From Chitinophagaceae bacterium (GTDB lineage: Bacteria; Bacteroidota; Bacteroidia; Chitinophagales; Chitinophagaceae), in contig JBJXDV010000026.1 in assembly GCA_046153465.1 (NCBI GenBank), positions 1-61,127 on the forward strand: a DNA stretch of 61,127 bases, written 5' to 3'. How positions within the stretch are numbered: position 1 is the stretch's first letter; the number at the start of each line of letters is the position of its first letter. Of the stretch, positions 37,300 through 48,015 are shown piece after piece. Both the position numbers and the translations under genes were made by a program. The notes under the pieces are model-generated. The model was given only the letters and a program-made list of their open reading frames with translations. It had not been told where the DNA came from and ran no database searches.

Positions 37300-39192
37300 T
37301 TACTCAACCCTACCGCCATTCAAATTAATTTTTTGTTCAAAAACATTTTCAGAAAGCCTGTTTATCAATACTGCCAGTTGCTTACGAGTTATTAATCTTG
37401 TTCCTTCAATTTTTTCCCCGCCCGATAAATCTTTTGCAACCTGTTGCCATTCATCTGCGATTATGGGTGTAAATTTATGGCCTATTCCCGATTGTAACGG
37501 AATATGATGCTGCATTTCAACAATCATATCCCATGATTTCCGAAAGGTTAATTTTTTTTCAGTAAAGTACTTTTGCTTAGGAAAATCTTTTTCAAACTCA
37601 AACAAACCCAGAGCTAATTCCCTTTCAGTTATTGTACTATCAGGATAAAAAAAAGTTTTATTAGCCCATCCTTCTGGCTTACCAATTCCTTTTAGAATTC
37701 CGGTTGCTCCTATTCGTTGTATGGCTTCCCAACCAGAGTCCGATGGTTTTACATCTACATAAGGCATAATATAGGATTTTTGCTTTAGCAACTCTTTTTG
37801 TACATCGCGTACGCTTAGTTGGCGCGGATTCTTTTGCTGAAGAATACAAAGGGCTGCTAAAATTCCTCCTGCCTGCCCGGTTAATAACACACAAGGTTGC
37901 AGCCTAGTACTTCCATTCACAATATTAGAAACAGATATTCCTTTTTCACAAACAATTAATCCTTCTAATTTCCCTGGAATCAATGCACCTAAGGGAACAT
38001 TGAAGGATGGAACTTTGGGAAAATTGATAACAGGGGCATTTTTTTCAGGCGCGTGGTGGTGATCAACTGGGTAATCGCCCACGGAGATGCCTGTGCGATA
38101 TAATTTCTTAGCCTGACTAAATGGTTTTATAAGATGATTGGCGTTTAATCGAATCACCCCTTTTATTCTCCTTCCTTCCCGATGATAAGGAATAAAGGGT
38201 AGTTTATCGTTGGTCGAAAATTCGTCAGCCAACCCAAGATTTTTATATCCTAAAACTGTTTGAATAAAATAAACAAAGCCCAATGTTTTGTTTTTAGCAG
38301 ATTGTAAAACCTTTTCTCTTTCAATTGGTTTTAAATTGATAACATTTATATAAGAATCATTTCCATGAGCCGGCCAGTTAATCATGTATTTATCATTGGG
38401 CAATTTTCCATAATCAAGCATCTTCTGCGCATCCACTTTATAAGGATTACCTTTTATACAAGGCGCATCTGTACAGCAACAAAAATAGAGAGTAGAATCA
38501 TATCCTTGGGGCCTTGCTATTGTTACATCAACTCCTTTTCCATAATCTTTTAATACAGCGGCCAGGGTAATATCTTGTATTATATTATTTTTTCCAGGTG
38601 CCATCTTTTCTTTTGAATATTCTTTACTTTCCATTCCGATATCGAATGCTGCTCCGGCATCTGCAAATACATCTCCAAGGTCGGTACCATCAATGGTAAG
38701 TTTTGCATGTACAATTAGTTGTTCTCCTGATTTATTTATGAAAATAGCACCCGTTACTTTATTTGCTGTCTTCAACACTTTATCAAAATACCAACCATAC
38801 AACACCGATAATGATTTTTCTTTCGCAGACCAAGCTTTAAAAATGCTATCCCCCACCGAGGGTTCAAAGCAAGTTTCGCTTACCCATCCGGTGAATAAAT
38901 TTCTAGTACCATAATGTGCATACAATGCTTCTCTGAATTCCTGCCACATTCCGCCGGGCAATTCGTCATTTCCATCTGTACAGCTAACACCGGCTGCCGT
39001 AAGCATTCCCCCTAACCAGTTCGTTTGCTCAACAATGATAGTCTGAATACCTAGTCTGGCACATTGAATTCCGGCAGCAGTTCCGCCAGTACTTCCACCT
39101 ACTACAAGAACTTGTGTATTGTAGACCTGCTGCGCAGATAAAGCGAAAAATAAAAAATGAAAAACAATAAATAAAAAAAAGAAGTTCCTCAT
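37300..39192 (-). CDS. Exported FAD-dependent oxidoreductase (FAD_oxidored family) with SLH-like C-terminal region
   Basis: VVGGSTGGTAAG, WLGGMLT, YHREGRR, GDYPVDHHH and GQAGG motifs. C-terminal PYVDVKPSDSGWEAIQRI..TGILKG..FYPDSTIT resembles an SLH repeat. Start taken at MRNFFF. Confidence 0.85.
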   Translation of the reverse strand: MRNFFFLFIVFHFLFFALSAQQVYNTQVLVVGGSTGGTAAGIQCARLGIQTIIVEQTNWLGGMLTAAGVSCTDGNDELPGGMWQEFREALYAHYGTRNLFTGWVSETCFEPSVGDSIFKAWSAKEKSLSVLYGWYFDKVLKTANKVTGAIFINKSGEQLIVHAKLTIDGTDLGDVFADAGAAFDIGMESKEYSKEKMAPGKNNIIQDITLAAVLKDYGKGVDVTIARPQGYDSTLYFCCCTDAPCIKGNPYKVDAQKMLDYGKLPNDKYMINWPAHGNDSYINVINLKPIEREKVLQSAKNKTLGFVYFIQTVLGYKNLGLADEFSTNDKLPFIPYHREGRRIKGVIRLNANHLIKPFSQAKKLYRTGISVGDYPVDHHHAPEKNAPVINFPKVPSFNVPLGALIPGKLEGLIVCEKGISVSNIVNGSTRLQPCVLLTGQAGGILAALCILQQKNPRQLSVRDVQKELLKQKSYIMPYVDVKPSDSGWEAIQRIGATGILKGIGKPEGWANKTFFYPDSTITERELALGLFEFEKDFPKQKYFTEKKLTFRKSWDMIVEMQHHIPLQSGIGHKFTPIIADEWQQVAKDLSGGEKIEGTRLITRKQLAVLINRLSENVFEQKINLNGGRVE

Positions 39193-39295
39193 ATCGCTTT
39201 TTTTGGGAAGATAAACGAAAAATAACTGGTAGAAAACAAAAATGCCCTTGCATAGCAAAGGCATATAATTTTTATCTAATAATAAAATCAACTGC

Positions 39296-39718
39296 TTAAA
39301 ACGGAAGATCATCAATAGGCTCTGTAATATCACTTGCTGAGGGAACGCTTACTGCCATTGATGAAGAAGCGTTATAGTTCGATCCGCCAGAGCTGCCTTC
39401 ACTTTTAGCTCCTAATAGCTGAACACTTAATACCCGTAAATTAAGTGAAGCACCATTGGTACCATCGTTTTTTGCATAGGTTTTTACTTCGGGAGACCCA
39501 TCTACATAAACCTGTGTTCCTTTACGGAGATAAGGGGCGATGGCGGTTCGATCGGTCCAATAAGCACATTCTACCCAAATTGTTTTGTCTTTCTGATTAC
39601 CTTGAGAATCTTTATACTTCTCAGTATGTGCCACACTGAAATTTATTACGCTTTTACCATTTACCACGTTGGTAACACAGTCTTTACCCAGGTTTCCGAT
39701 CACTTGTAACTTAATCAT
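39296..39718 (-). CDS. ssb: Single-stranded DNA-binding protein
   Basis: IGNLGKD, YLRKGTQVYVDG and the C-terminal DDLPF. Confidence 0.97.
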   Translation of the reverse strand: MIKLQVIGNLGKDCVTNVVNGKSVINFSVAHTEKYKDSQGNQKDKTIWVECAYWTDRTAIAPYLRKGTQVYVDGSPEVKTYAKNDGTNGASLNLRVLSVQLLGAKSEGSSGGSNYNASSSMAVSVPSASDITEPIDDLPF

Positions 39719-39787
39719 AACTTTAAAATTTAGCTTCGTACTTAATTAATTTGAATAGGCAATTTACAACATTCCATGAGTGCAGGT

Positions 39788-39846
39788 AACAAGAAAATCC
39801 TCACGTTGATAAGTTTTAATAACTGAGGAAAAGAGGATTTTCTGTT
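39788..39846 (-). terminator. Hairpin, probable terminator between the M14 peptidase gene and ssb
   Basis: Inverted repeat AGAAAATCCTC...GAGGATTTTCT. Confidence 0.5.
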
Positions 39847-39983
39847 GTACAAGTTGAATGAAAGGTTTTTACTATGCCCCAGATCATATATATCAGACAG
39901 ATCCAATGCGTCTGTAATGGTTTCCGGTTGATACTATCGACTTTTGCCTGTCCATTTGTTCCAAACTATTAGCTTTTCCCATC

Positions 39984-42566
39984 CTATTGTTCCTCTACCC
40001 TTGCGCTTCCTCCATCAATTATTCTTCCAAAGAAAATAGCATTCATAAACAATTTAGTTCCTCCTAACCAAAAAGCGCGGAAGTTTGGGTTGTCTGCAAT
40101 ATTGATCACTCTACCTGCACCTACTGTATTTACAATAACTGCGGAGGAGTTTTTTATAGCATCCCCATTTTCTTTACTAACCCAACCACTTTGCAATGGC
40201 TGGCTTCCATAATAAAAAGGAGAGCCAAAAGGGTTTTTTCCTTTTTCCATAAATACTTTATTTGCCTTAAAAAGGCTGATAATTTTTGTATGATACCCGT
40301 AAGCCAATGGATGTGTGAGGTCTGTTTCGGCTCCAAAAATAGCACCGCTCACCTGCTGTGCTCCTTCAATCTGTTCTCTTTCCACATAAGAAAACTTCTT
40401 GTTGCTGTCAACCGGCGATTTAGGTGTTTTAAAAGAAATAGAACTAATACCATTTTGCGCCGACCATTGAACGGCTTCTTCCAATGCTATTAAAACACCG
40501 CCACCCTGTACCCATGCTTTCAATTTTTCTTTATTCAATTCTGCGTAATTACCTCCAACCATAACGATCGTATTGTACTTCGACAAATCGATACGGTTAA
40601 AAGTAGTTTGCTCAAGGTGTGTAGCAGGTATGTTCATGCGCTGATCCAGCAAATACCAAATTTCACCGGCATCCGTTGGATTTACACCGGTTCCTACTAA
40701 CATGGCTATAACGGGCCGGGCAACCGAAATCATTTTATTACTGCCCAGATCACTGCCGATTTGCACATTTCCAGTTTTTACACTGTAAATGGTAATTCCA
40801 TTTTTTTCAGCTACTCCATTTATGAGCTCATATAGTTTTACCGCATCCAGTTTCTGTAATTTTACTGGTATTGAAATCGTTCCATAATCAAATCTCTTTA
40901 CTCCATTCATTGTTTCTATTTCAAACTTACTGGTGGCTGTTTTAACGAGTACTCCGGCTTCCTGTAATTCATACAAAGCTTTTGGTGCAAGTAACTCATC
41001 CCATTGAAACAAATAGGCATAGTCACTTTTTCCTCCGATAAGGTTCCCTTTTGGCAATGATATTGTTTCCACTTTATTTCCTAATAAAGAAATATTGTAT
41101 TTTGCTGCATCCAATTCGGCATAATTCAATCCGAAGGCAAGAGGCATCGTCCACGCAGTAATGTCATAAAATAAACTGTCCTTGTAAGAAAGTGTTTTAT
41201 CGAAGATAGCATGAATCAGTCTGTTTTGTGGCTGATTGGTTGGAACAACAAAGGCATTTCCTTTTTCAAAATTTAAGCCCTCGATCGAGAAATTAGTATT
41301 CAATTCATATACCTCCACCTGATGACGCCGGAGCATTTCAACAAACAAAGTTGTTTTTGTCAAATCGTCTTTATCGCCCAGTACATACCCTTTAATCAAC
41401 GACTTGCCCGCTTCGGCAATAGCCGTTCGATAAAATTCTCTTTGCCAGTTTAAAAAGTCTTTTCTTAATATTTTTGCCCCTTCCAGTGTAGACAAGGCCG
41501 TTACAAATTGATTTTTTATGGTTGCCGGAAATTTTAAAATTCCGTTAGAAGTTTGTTGTGCATGACCTCTTGACGAAGCCTGCTCGAATAAAATTCCGAT
41601 TGCTCCATTAATATCCGGATACGTGGATCCTTTGCCGTAATAGTAATCATCATAGTTTTCTTTTGTAAAATATAACGAGCCAATCCGATCTAAAAATTGA
41701 GCATGAAATTTTCCCAGGCTGGCCGTAAGCTCCTGATTTCTGGAAGGTGTTAATGGATTGACTCTTGAAGCGACACCTGGTTGAAAAAAGAAGGTAGCAT
41801 TGCTTCCCTGCTCGTGATGATCCGTTAAAATATTTGGTTTCCAATAATGAAACCATTTTAGGCGGTTCTGGCTTTCTAGATGAACTGCGGGTAACCAATC
41901 CCGATTCAAATCAAACCAATAATGATTGAAACGACCACCTGGCCAGGCCTCATTAAACTCTCTGGAATTTGGATCGCTTACCAGGTTCTTACTTTTATGT
42001 TGATTAACCCAGGTGGAAAAACGCTGCAATCCATCCGGATTGAAGGAAGGATCCAAAAGAATAACTGTATTATCCAGTAATTCATCAATTTGTTTTCCCT
42101 GTGCAGCAGCAAGGTAATAAGCAGTTACTAAGGATGCATTTGCACCACTTGGTTCATTTCCATGAATGGAATGACCGATCCAAACCACAATCGGCATTTG
42201 ATCAATGTTGATCAAAGATGATTTTGCCGGATCAGTAAGTTGAACATGCTGCCGACGTATAGATTCTAAATTATCATGATTTTTTTTTGACGTGATAATG
42301 AGTAATACCTGTGGGCGATTTTCATAGGTAAACCCCATTGTTTCCAACTTAACACGATCCGGCGCCGCCGCAGCAATTGCCTTCATATAGTTAACTAACC
42401 GATCGTGGGTAACATGCCATTCACCAACTTCGTGGTAGATAATTTCTTTTGGTTTGGGAATTGATGGATTATAATTAACTGAATCTGGTAAATAGTATTT
42501 CAGATCCTGGGCAAAAAATAAAGAGGGAATTGCAACTATTGAAATTGCAAGAAAAATTTTTCTCAT
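39984..42566 (-). CDS. M14-family zinc carboxypeptidase, exported, with C-terminal GATase-like region
   Basis: SIHGNE, NPDG, DLNRDW and DHHEQ motifs; signal peptide. Confidence 0.92.
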   Translation of the reverse strand: MRKIFLAISIVAIPSLFFAQDLKYYLPDSVNYNPSIPKPKEIIYHEVGEWHVTHDRLVNYMKAIAAAAPDRVKLETMGFTYENRPQVLLIITSKKNHDNLESIRRQHVQLTDPAKSSLINIDQMPIVVWIGHSIHGNEPSGANASLVTAYYLAAAQGKQIDELLDNTVILLDPSFNPDGLQRFSTWVNQHKSKNLVSDPNSREFNEAWPGGRFNHYWFDLNRDWLPAVHLESQNRLKWFHYWKPNILTDHHEQGSNATFFFQPGVASRVNPLTPSRNQELTASLGKFHAQFLDRIGSLYFTKENYDDYYYGKGSTYPDINGAIGILFEQASSRGHAQQTSNGILKFPATIKNQFVTALSTLEGAKILRKDFLNWQREFYRTAIAEAGKSLIKGYVLGDKDDLTKTTLFVEMLRRHQVEVYELNTNFSIEGLNFEKGNAFVVPTNQPQNRLIHAIFDKTLSYKDSLFYDITAWTMPLAFGLNYAELDAAKYNISLLGNKVETISLPKGNLIGGKSDYAYLFQWDELLAPKALYELQEAGVLVKTATSKFEIETMNGVKRFDYGTISIPVKLQKLDAVKLYELINGVAEKNGITIYSVKTGNVQIGSDLGSNKMISVARPVIAMLVGTGVNPTDAGEIWYLLDQRMNIPATHLEQTTFNRIDLSKYNTIVMVGGNYAELNKEKLKAWVQGGGVLIALEEAVQWSAQNGISSISFKTPKSPVDSNKKFSYVEREQIEGAQQVSGAIFGAETDLTHPLAYGYHTKIISLFKANKVFMEKGKNPFGSPFYYGSQPLQSGWVSKENGDAIKNSSAVIVNTVGAGRVINIADNPNFRAFWLGGTKLFMNAIFFGRIIDGGSARVEEQ

Positions 42567-42801
42567 AAGCTATAAATGAAAAAGAAAGATAAATAAAAAA
42601 TACTACCGCCGTTCAATCGTAAAATCAAATTAGAAATCATTTTTTTATGTAATAAGAAAGATCAGAGACTGACGAATTTCTCACTGTTAACGCTAAGTGT
42701 GCTAATTACTACTTAAAGATTGGTACAAGAAACTTGCATCGGTATAAACACTTGAGAACCATAGGAAGAATTGGGACTTTTATCAACCCACCCTTTCCTT
42801 G

Positions 42802-42809
42802 TATATTTG
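42802..42809 (+). promoter_or_regulatory. Bacteroidota -7 promoter box (TATATTTG) for mnmA
   Basis: Exact match 44 nt upstream of the start codon. Confidence 0.55.
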
Positions 42810-42853
42810 CCATTCACATTAATATAAATCCTTTATAAAAGGACCGTGTTGTT

Positions 42854-43945
42854 ATGAGTAGAAATGGAAAAGTTTTAGTGGCAATGAGTGGTGGTATTGA
42901 TAGTACCATAACCGCCCTTATGCTTAATGATGCCGGTTATGAAGTGGTAGGCATTACGATGAAAACATGGGATTATGCAGCTAGTGGCGGTGGCAAAAAA
43001 GAAACTGGCTGCTGCAATATCGATAGTTTTAATGATGCCCGCATGGCCGCTGTTCAACATGGATTTCCTCATTATATACTCGATATCCGGGATGAATTTG
43101 GTGATTTTGTAATTGATAATTTTGTTGAAGAATATTTAGCAGGAAGAACACCCAATCCATGCGTAATGTGCAATACTCATATCAAATGGAGAGCCTTATT
43201 AAAAAGAGCGGATGCATTGGGCTGCGACTTTATTGCGACCGGACACTATGCAAAAATAAATCGGCATACAAACGGAAGATATTTTATTAGTAAGGCAATT
43301 GACGATACAAAGGACCAGAGCTATGTTTTATGGGGACTACAGCAAGATTTATTGAGCAGAACATTACTACCCTTAGCACCGTATAAAAAAACAGCGATAC
43401 GGCAAATGGCGGAGGATTATGGATATCCCGAACTTGCCAAAAAAAGCGAGAGTTACGAAATCTGTTTTGTTCCGGATAATGATTACCGTGGGTTTTTAAA
43501 GCGAAGAGTAGAAGGTTTGGAAGAAAAAGTAGCCGGGGGAAGCTTTATAGATAAGCAGGGAAAAATTCTTGGCCAACATAAAGGATATCCATTTTACACA
43601 ATCGGCCAACGCAAAGGGCTAGATATTACTTTCGGCAAACCCGTTTATGTTACTGGCATTGATCCCGAAAAAAATACGGTGGTATTGGGCGATGAAGAGG
43701 ATTTGAATCAACAGGAAATGGTGGTTGGCAAAATAAATTGGTTGAAATACGAGGGTATAAACGAGGGAATGGAGGTCAATACTAAAATTAGGTATAAAGA
43801 CAAAGGGGCACTCAGTAATTTATTCAATAATGAAAAAGGAGTTGCCGTTCGGTTTTATGAGGATGTAAAAGGAGTTGCACCTGGCCAAAGCGCAGTTTTT
43901 TATGAAGGAGAAGATGTAATTGGCGGGGGTATCATTCAAAGGTAG
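42854..43945 (+). CDS. mnmA: tRNA 2-thiouridine(34) synthase
   Basis: AMSGGIDS, TPNPCVMCN, ATGHYA, KDQSYVL, YTIGQRKGL and APGQSAVFY motifs. Confidence 0.97.
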   Translation: MSRNGKVLVAMSGGIDSTITALMLNDAGYEVVGITMKTWDYAASGGGKKETGCCNIDSFNDARMAAVQHGFPHYILDIRDEFGDFVIDNFVEEYLAGRTPNPCVMCNTHIKWRALLKRADALGCDFIATGHYAKINRHTNGRYFISKAIDDTKDQSYVLWGLQQDLLSRTLLPLAPYKKTAIRQMAEDYGYPELAKKSESYEICFVPDNDYRGFLKRRVEGLEEKVAGGSFIDKQGKILGQHKGYPFYTIGQRKGLDITFGKPVYVTGIDPEKNTVVLGDEEDLNQQEMVVGKINWLKYEGINEGMEVNTKIRYKDKGALSNLFNNEKGVAVRFYEDVKGVAPGQSAVFYEGEDVIGGGIIQR

Positions 43946-44207
43946 ATTGCTTGGCAACTTGAACTGAGCAGTAATAGCACTACTGGAAACCAGGAGTCTA
44001 ATAGAAAAAACCGATTGAGCGTGTTATAATTACTTATAGATACTTCTTAGTTACTGTTTTTCTCCCTAATAGCTGGATTTTCAAGCAATAAAAGGAAATA
44101 CAACACGTTTTAGTTGAAGGCTAAAACGCTACTTTTTTGTTTAAGCAGCGATCTTAATAAATTGATTGCCTAAATGAACAAGATCCAAATCAACAGCACT
44201 ATTGATT

Positions 44208-44954
44208 ATGAAAAAAATTTTAACATCGGCGGCAATGATATCGATACTGTTGATATCGTTCAACAGTTGTAAAAAAACGGAAACTTATCCGTCTGCTGAA
44301 CTTTCTGAGTACATGAATTTACAGGTAGGAAAGTATGTTCGATATCGCCTCGATTCTACCCGGTTTATCAATTTTGGGCAAAAAGATACCGTTATTAAAT
44401 ACCAGGCAAAAGAAGTTATTGATGCAGCCATTACTGATAACCTGGGAAGACCCGGATGGAGAGTTATCCGTTACCTGAGTGATACAACAGGCACTTCCCC
44501 ATGGACGCCAAGTGCAACCTATTCACTTATTCCTTCGAGAGAAGCTATTGAAGTAGTTGAAAATAATTTACGCTTTCTAAAACTAAGGTTACCCGTAACA
44601 GAGGGATATAACTGGAAAGGGAACTCGTTTATTGATACCTATTCCAGTAATTCCGAGGTTCGGTTTATGGATGATTGGGATTATACGTTTGAAAACGTTT
44701 CAAACAGTTTTACGGTTTGGAATAACAAAATTGTAGAGAAGACTATTACCGTAAATCAACGCGATGAAATTATTGGAGCTCCTGCTGATCCAACGGTATA
44801 CAGCGAAAAAACATTTAGCAAAGAAGTATTTGGGGAAGCAATTGGACTTATCTACCGCGACTTTCTTCATTGGGAGTACCAGCCCACCAATGGCCAAAAC
44901 CCGGGTTACAAAATTGGCTATGGTATAAAAATGGTAATGATAGATCACAACTAA
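44208..44954 (+). CDS. Hypothetical lipoprotein
   Basis: Lipobox-like SFNSC followed by KK; beta-rich body. Confidence 0.75.
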   Translation: MKKILTSAAMISILLISFNSCKKTETYPSAELSEYMNLQVGKYVRYRLDSTRFINFGQKDTVIKYQAKEVIDAAITDNLGRPGWRVIRYLSDTTGTSPWTPSATYSLIPSREAIEVVENNLRFLKLRLPVTEGYNWKGNSFIDTYSSNSEVRFMDDWDYTFENVSNSFTVWNNKIVEKTITVNQRDEIIGAPADPTVYSEKTFSKEVFGEAIGLIYRDFLHWEYQPTNGQNPGYKIGYGIKMVMIDHN

Positions 44955-44996
44955 GTGGCTTTCTCTTTTGTTAAGTTAGTATTAAACTGTTTTGAG

Positions 44997-46724
44997 ATGA
45001 AAAAAATATATTTTTTTCTATTGTTAGCACTTTGTTTTAGTACAAACTCAAAAGCACAATACACCGGTTATATTGTACAATTAAAAGATAAAAAAGGAAC
45101 TGTACATAGTTTATCCAATCCGTCAACCTACTTATCACTAAAGGCCATTCAGCGGAGAACCCGTCAAAAATTAACGATTGATTCAACAGATCTTCCCGTA
45201 TCAGGCGCGTACCTGGATAGTCTTCGGTTAGTTCCTAACGCTACTATTGTTAATATCTCAAAATGGTTGAACCAGGTTTTAATAAGAACTTCAGACGCCA
45301 ATGCAATTTCAAAAATAAATTCCTTTCCATTTGTAAAATCATCGGGGCCAATTGGATTTCAGACGCGCGCAATTGACGTAACCCCCATCACAAATAAATT
45401 CAATGAGGTTATAAAGCCAATAGACGAAAAGCCAATTGTTTTTGGCAGAAATGGCAACAATGGACAAACTGGAACAGCCGGGGTTTCATCCTTGAATTAT
45501 GGAAACAGCTTCAATCAAATTCATTTGCACGAAGGGGAATATCTTCATGATCTTGGTTTTACAGGAGCTGGAATTACCATTGCAATTTTAGATGCAGGAT
45601 TTTTTGGATACAAAACAAACAGTGCCATGGATAGTGTGCGTTTACAAGGACGCATACTGGGTGAATGGGATTTTGTAAAAAATGAACTTAGTGTTACAGA
45701 AGATCACCCTCATGGTCTTTACTGTTTTTCGATAATCGCGGCGAATAAACCTGGCCAAATCATTGGCTCGGCTCCTCACGCTAAATTTTTTCTTTTTAGA
45801 ACCGAGGATGCGCCAACCGAGTATCCAATTGAGGAACAAAATTGGGTGGCCGCTGCCGAGTATGCAGATAGTGCCGGTGTTGATATGATTTCTTCCTCTC
45901 TGGGATATTCTGATTTTGATGATCCGGTGTTCAATCATAGCTATGCGCAACGTAATGGTAATACAAGTATCATTACCATTGGTGCTGATTTAGCGGTAAA
46001 AAAAGGACTGATTGTTACCAATAGTGCAGGTAATTCAGGAGCACAGGCAGGTGATGCGAAGTTTGTTGCTTGTCCGGCAGATGGTGATAGCGTTTTTACC
46101 ATTGGAGCAACTACCGTTACCGGAACGATTGCCAGCTTTAGCAGTTGGGGACCTAACAGTGCAGGTAAAACGAAACCAAATATCGTTTCGGTAGGGCAAG
46201 GAACAGTACTTGCCAACACCTCAGGAAATGCTTCAGCAGGTAACGGAACCTCTTTTTCAAATCCATTGGTGTGTGGTTTAATTGCTTGTTTATGGCAGGC
46301 ATTCCCGGAATTTACAAATATGGAAATAATGAATGCGGTACAAAAGAGTTCGCATAAATATCTTACACCCGATGATCGTTTTGGTTACGGTATTCCTAAT
46401 TTCCGAAAAGCGCATGAAGCACTAACGCTGGAAAGAGAAGTAAGAAATATTGATTCCTTGTTAGGTAATAAATGGCTGAAAGTCTACCCCAATCCTTTTA
46501 AACAGGATTTCAGGTTAGTATTAAAAGCTCCCACCAGCGGAAAGGCCGTGGTACAATTACTGGATGCACTTGGAAGATTGGTAGACGCAAAATCACTGGA
46601 GATAAACAATCAAACTATTTATTTTATTGACTTCACAAATGTACCCAAGTTGTTAAAAGGAGTCTACTTTATTCGATATACAGACGGTAAGAACAAGCAA
46701 ACAATTAAGATGCTGAAGCAATAA
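44997..46724 (+). CDS. S8 subtilisin-like serine peptidase with T9SS type A sorting domain
   Basis: ILDAGF (Asp), HPHG (His), SAGNSG and GTSFS (Ser). C-terminal VYPNP...KGVYFIR...K sorting domain. Confidence 0.93.
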   Translation: MKKIYFFLLLALCFSTNSKAQYTGYIVQLKDKKGTVHSLSNPSTYLSLKAIQRRTRQKLTIDSTDLPVSGAYLDSLRLVPNATIVNISKWLNQVLIRTSDANAISKINSFPFVKSSGPIGFQTRAIDVTPITNKFNEVIKPIDEKPIVFGRNGNNGQTGTAGVSSLNYGNSFNQIHLHEGEYLHDLGFTGAGITIAILDAGFFGYKTNSAMDSVRLQGRILGEWDFVKNELSVTEDHPHGLYCFSIIAANKPGQIIGSAPHAKFFLFRTEDAPTEYPIEEQNWVAAAEYADSAGVDMISSSLGYSDFDDPVFNHSYAQRNGNTSIITIGADLAVKKGLIVTNSAGNSGAQAGDAKFVACPADGDSVFTIGATTVTGTIASFSSWGPNSAGKTKPNIVSVGQGTVLANTSGNASAGNGTSFSNPLVCGLIACLWQAFPEFTNMEIMNAVQKSSHKYLTPDDRFGYGIPNFRKAHEALTLEREVRNIDSLLGNKWLKVYPNPFKQDFRLVLKAPTSGKAVVQLLDALGRLVDAKSLEINNQTIYFIDFTNVPKLLKGVYFIRYTDGKNKQTIKMLKQ

Positions 46725-47949
46725 AGAGTGTTGCAAACATCGTATCAGCTTTCTTATCATACCCATTTAAAATTTCCATCTTAATCAAATTGAGCTGGAA
46801 ATTTTTTTTCAAAAAAGACACCATCTCTTCATTTTCCTTTTTAAATACAGAACAGGTGCAGTACAGGAAATAACCATCAGGTTTAAGGCGTGGTATTACA
46901 TTAGATATAATTTTTTTTTGCAGAGAAACATAGCGATCAATGGTCTCCTCGTCAAAAAAATACAATTGTTCCGGTGTTCTGCCCCAGGTACCACTGCCCG
47001 AACAGGGAACATCACAAATGATAAGGTCGAAACCTGTTGCTGGAATGAGTTGATCGTAATTCTGTTGCTTCACAACCCCGATTGTTAGATCGCACACAAA
47101 TGATTTATATTGATGGATACCCGCCGATTGAAATCTATTTTTCAAATTTATTAAGATGCTATCCCTTATATCGGACACCGTTAGGTTAATATCACCTAAT
47201 ATATCTTTTGCCAAAATAGATTTGCCGCCGCTGCCAGCGCAACAATCCCAAACGGATAGTTTACGGTTTATGGTTTGTGGTTGAAGGTTCTCCAAAAATC
47301 CAGCGATGAGTTGCGAGTTATAGTCCTGTACCACGGCCTCTTTATCTAATTCAATGATCTCGTCAATTTTTGTAGCATTCTGCAATGCGATGCAATGATC
47401 ATTTACAAACTGCATCCATTTCTTATTCAAGGTTACTGGCTCTTGGCTCCCGGCTACTTCCTTGTACCCGGCAAGCTGTAACTTATTTGCAACAATTTTC
47501 TCATCCCCGGGTCTTATCCTTATAAATAGATTTGGTTGAACCAGGAAAGATTGGTTAAATAATTTAGTATCTATTCCATCACTTAATTGATTTACCCAGG
47601 GAAAAATCAATAATTCACTTTCGTTGATTTGAATGAATCTTATTTTATCCTCCAATGAAAGTGAAGTCTTTTCATTCCATTCTGGTTTAACAGTCGCAAG
47701 TACTTTAGAAGATTCTATTGAGCATAAAAAAATGCCTATCATTAATTTTTCCTCTATAGTTTGATTTAAAAACGCTTTACCCAATCTAAAATAGCAATAA
47801 CAAAGATGGGCGATCTGTTTGCGATCGGTTGATCCGTATTTTTTATGTAGCGAAAGGAGTTTTTTTAAATAAACAGCAAAAGGCTCCTCTCCTTTATATC
47901 CGTTAATTATGTCAACAGCGCTATTAATATAAGAATGGTAACGACTCAC
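46705..47949 (-). CDS. RsmB/Sun (NOL1/NOP2/Fmu)-family RNA m5C methyltransferase
   Basis: VQD, WDCCAGSGGKS, DVPCSGSG and YCTCS motifs. Confidence 0.92.
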   Translation of the reverse strand: MSRYHSYINSAVDIINGYKGEEPFAVYLKKLLSLHKKYGSTDRKQIAHLCYCYFRLGKAFLNQTIEEKLMIGIFLCSIESSKVLATVKPEWNEKTSLSLEDKIRFIQINESELLIFPWVNQLSDGIDTKLFNQSFLVQPNLFIRIRPGDEKIVANKLQLAGYKEVAGSQEPVTLNKKWMQFVNDHCIALQNATKIDEIIELDKEAVVQDYNSQLIAGFLENLQPQTINRKLSVWDCCAGSGGKSILAKDILGDINLTVSDIRDSILINLKNRFQSAGIHQYKSFVCDLTIGVVKQQNYDQLIPATGFDLIICDVPCSGSGTWGRTPEQLYFFDEETIDRYVSLQKKIISNVIPRLKPDGYFLYCTCSVFKKENEEMVSFLKKNFQLNLIKMEILNGYDKKADTMFATLFIASAS

Positions 47950-48015
47950 ATTGTAATCATAAATGAAAAATTTTTGTCGGTAAAGAGAGGCATTACTATT
48001 TTATAACCCTGTTGG

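Noticed and set aside
39193-39333. Long overlap between the FAD oxidoreductase ORF and ssb
   Set aside because: It disappears when the signal-peptide start at 39192 is used. The same applies to the apparent overlaps at 5812-5860, 7471-7474 and 58501-58535.
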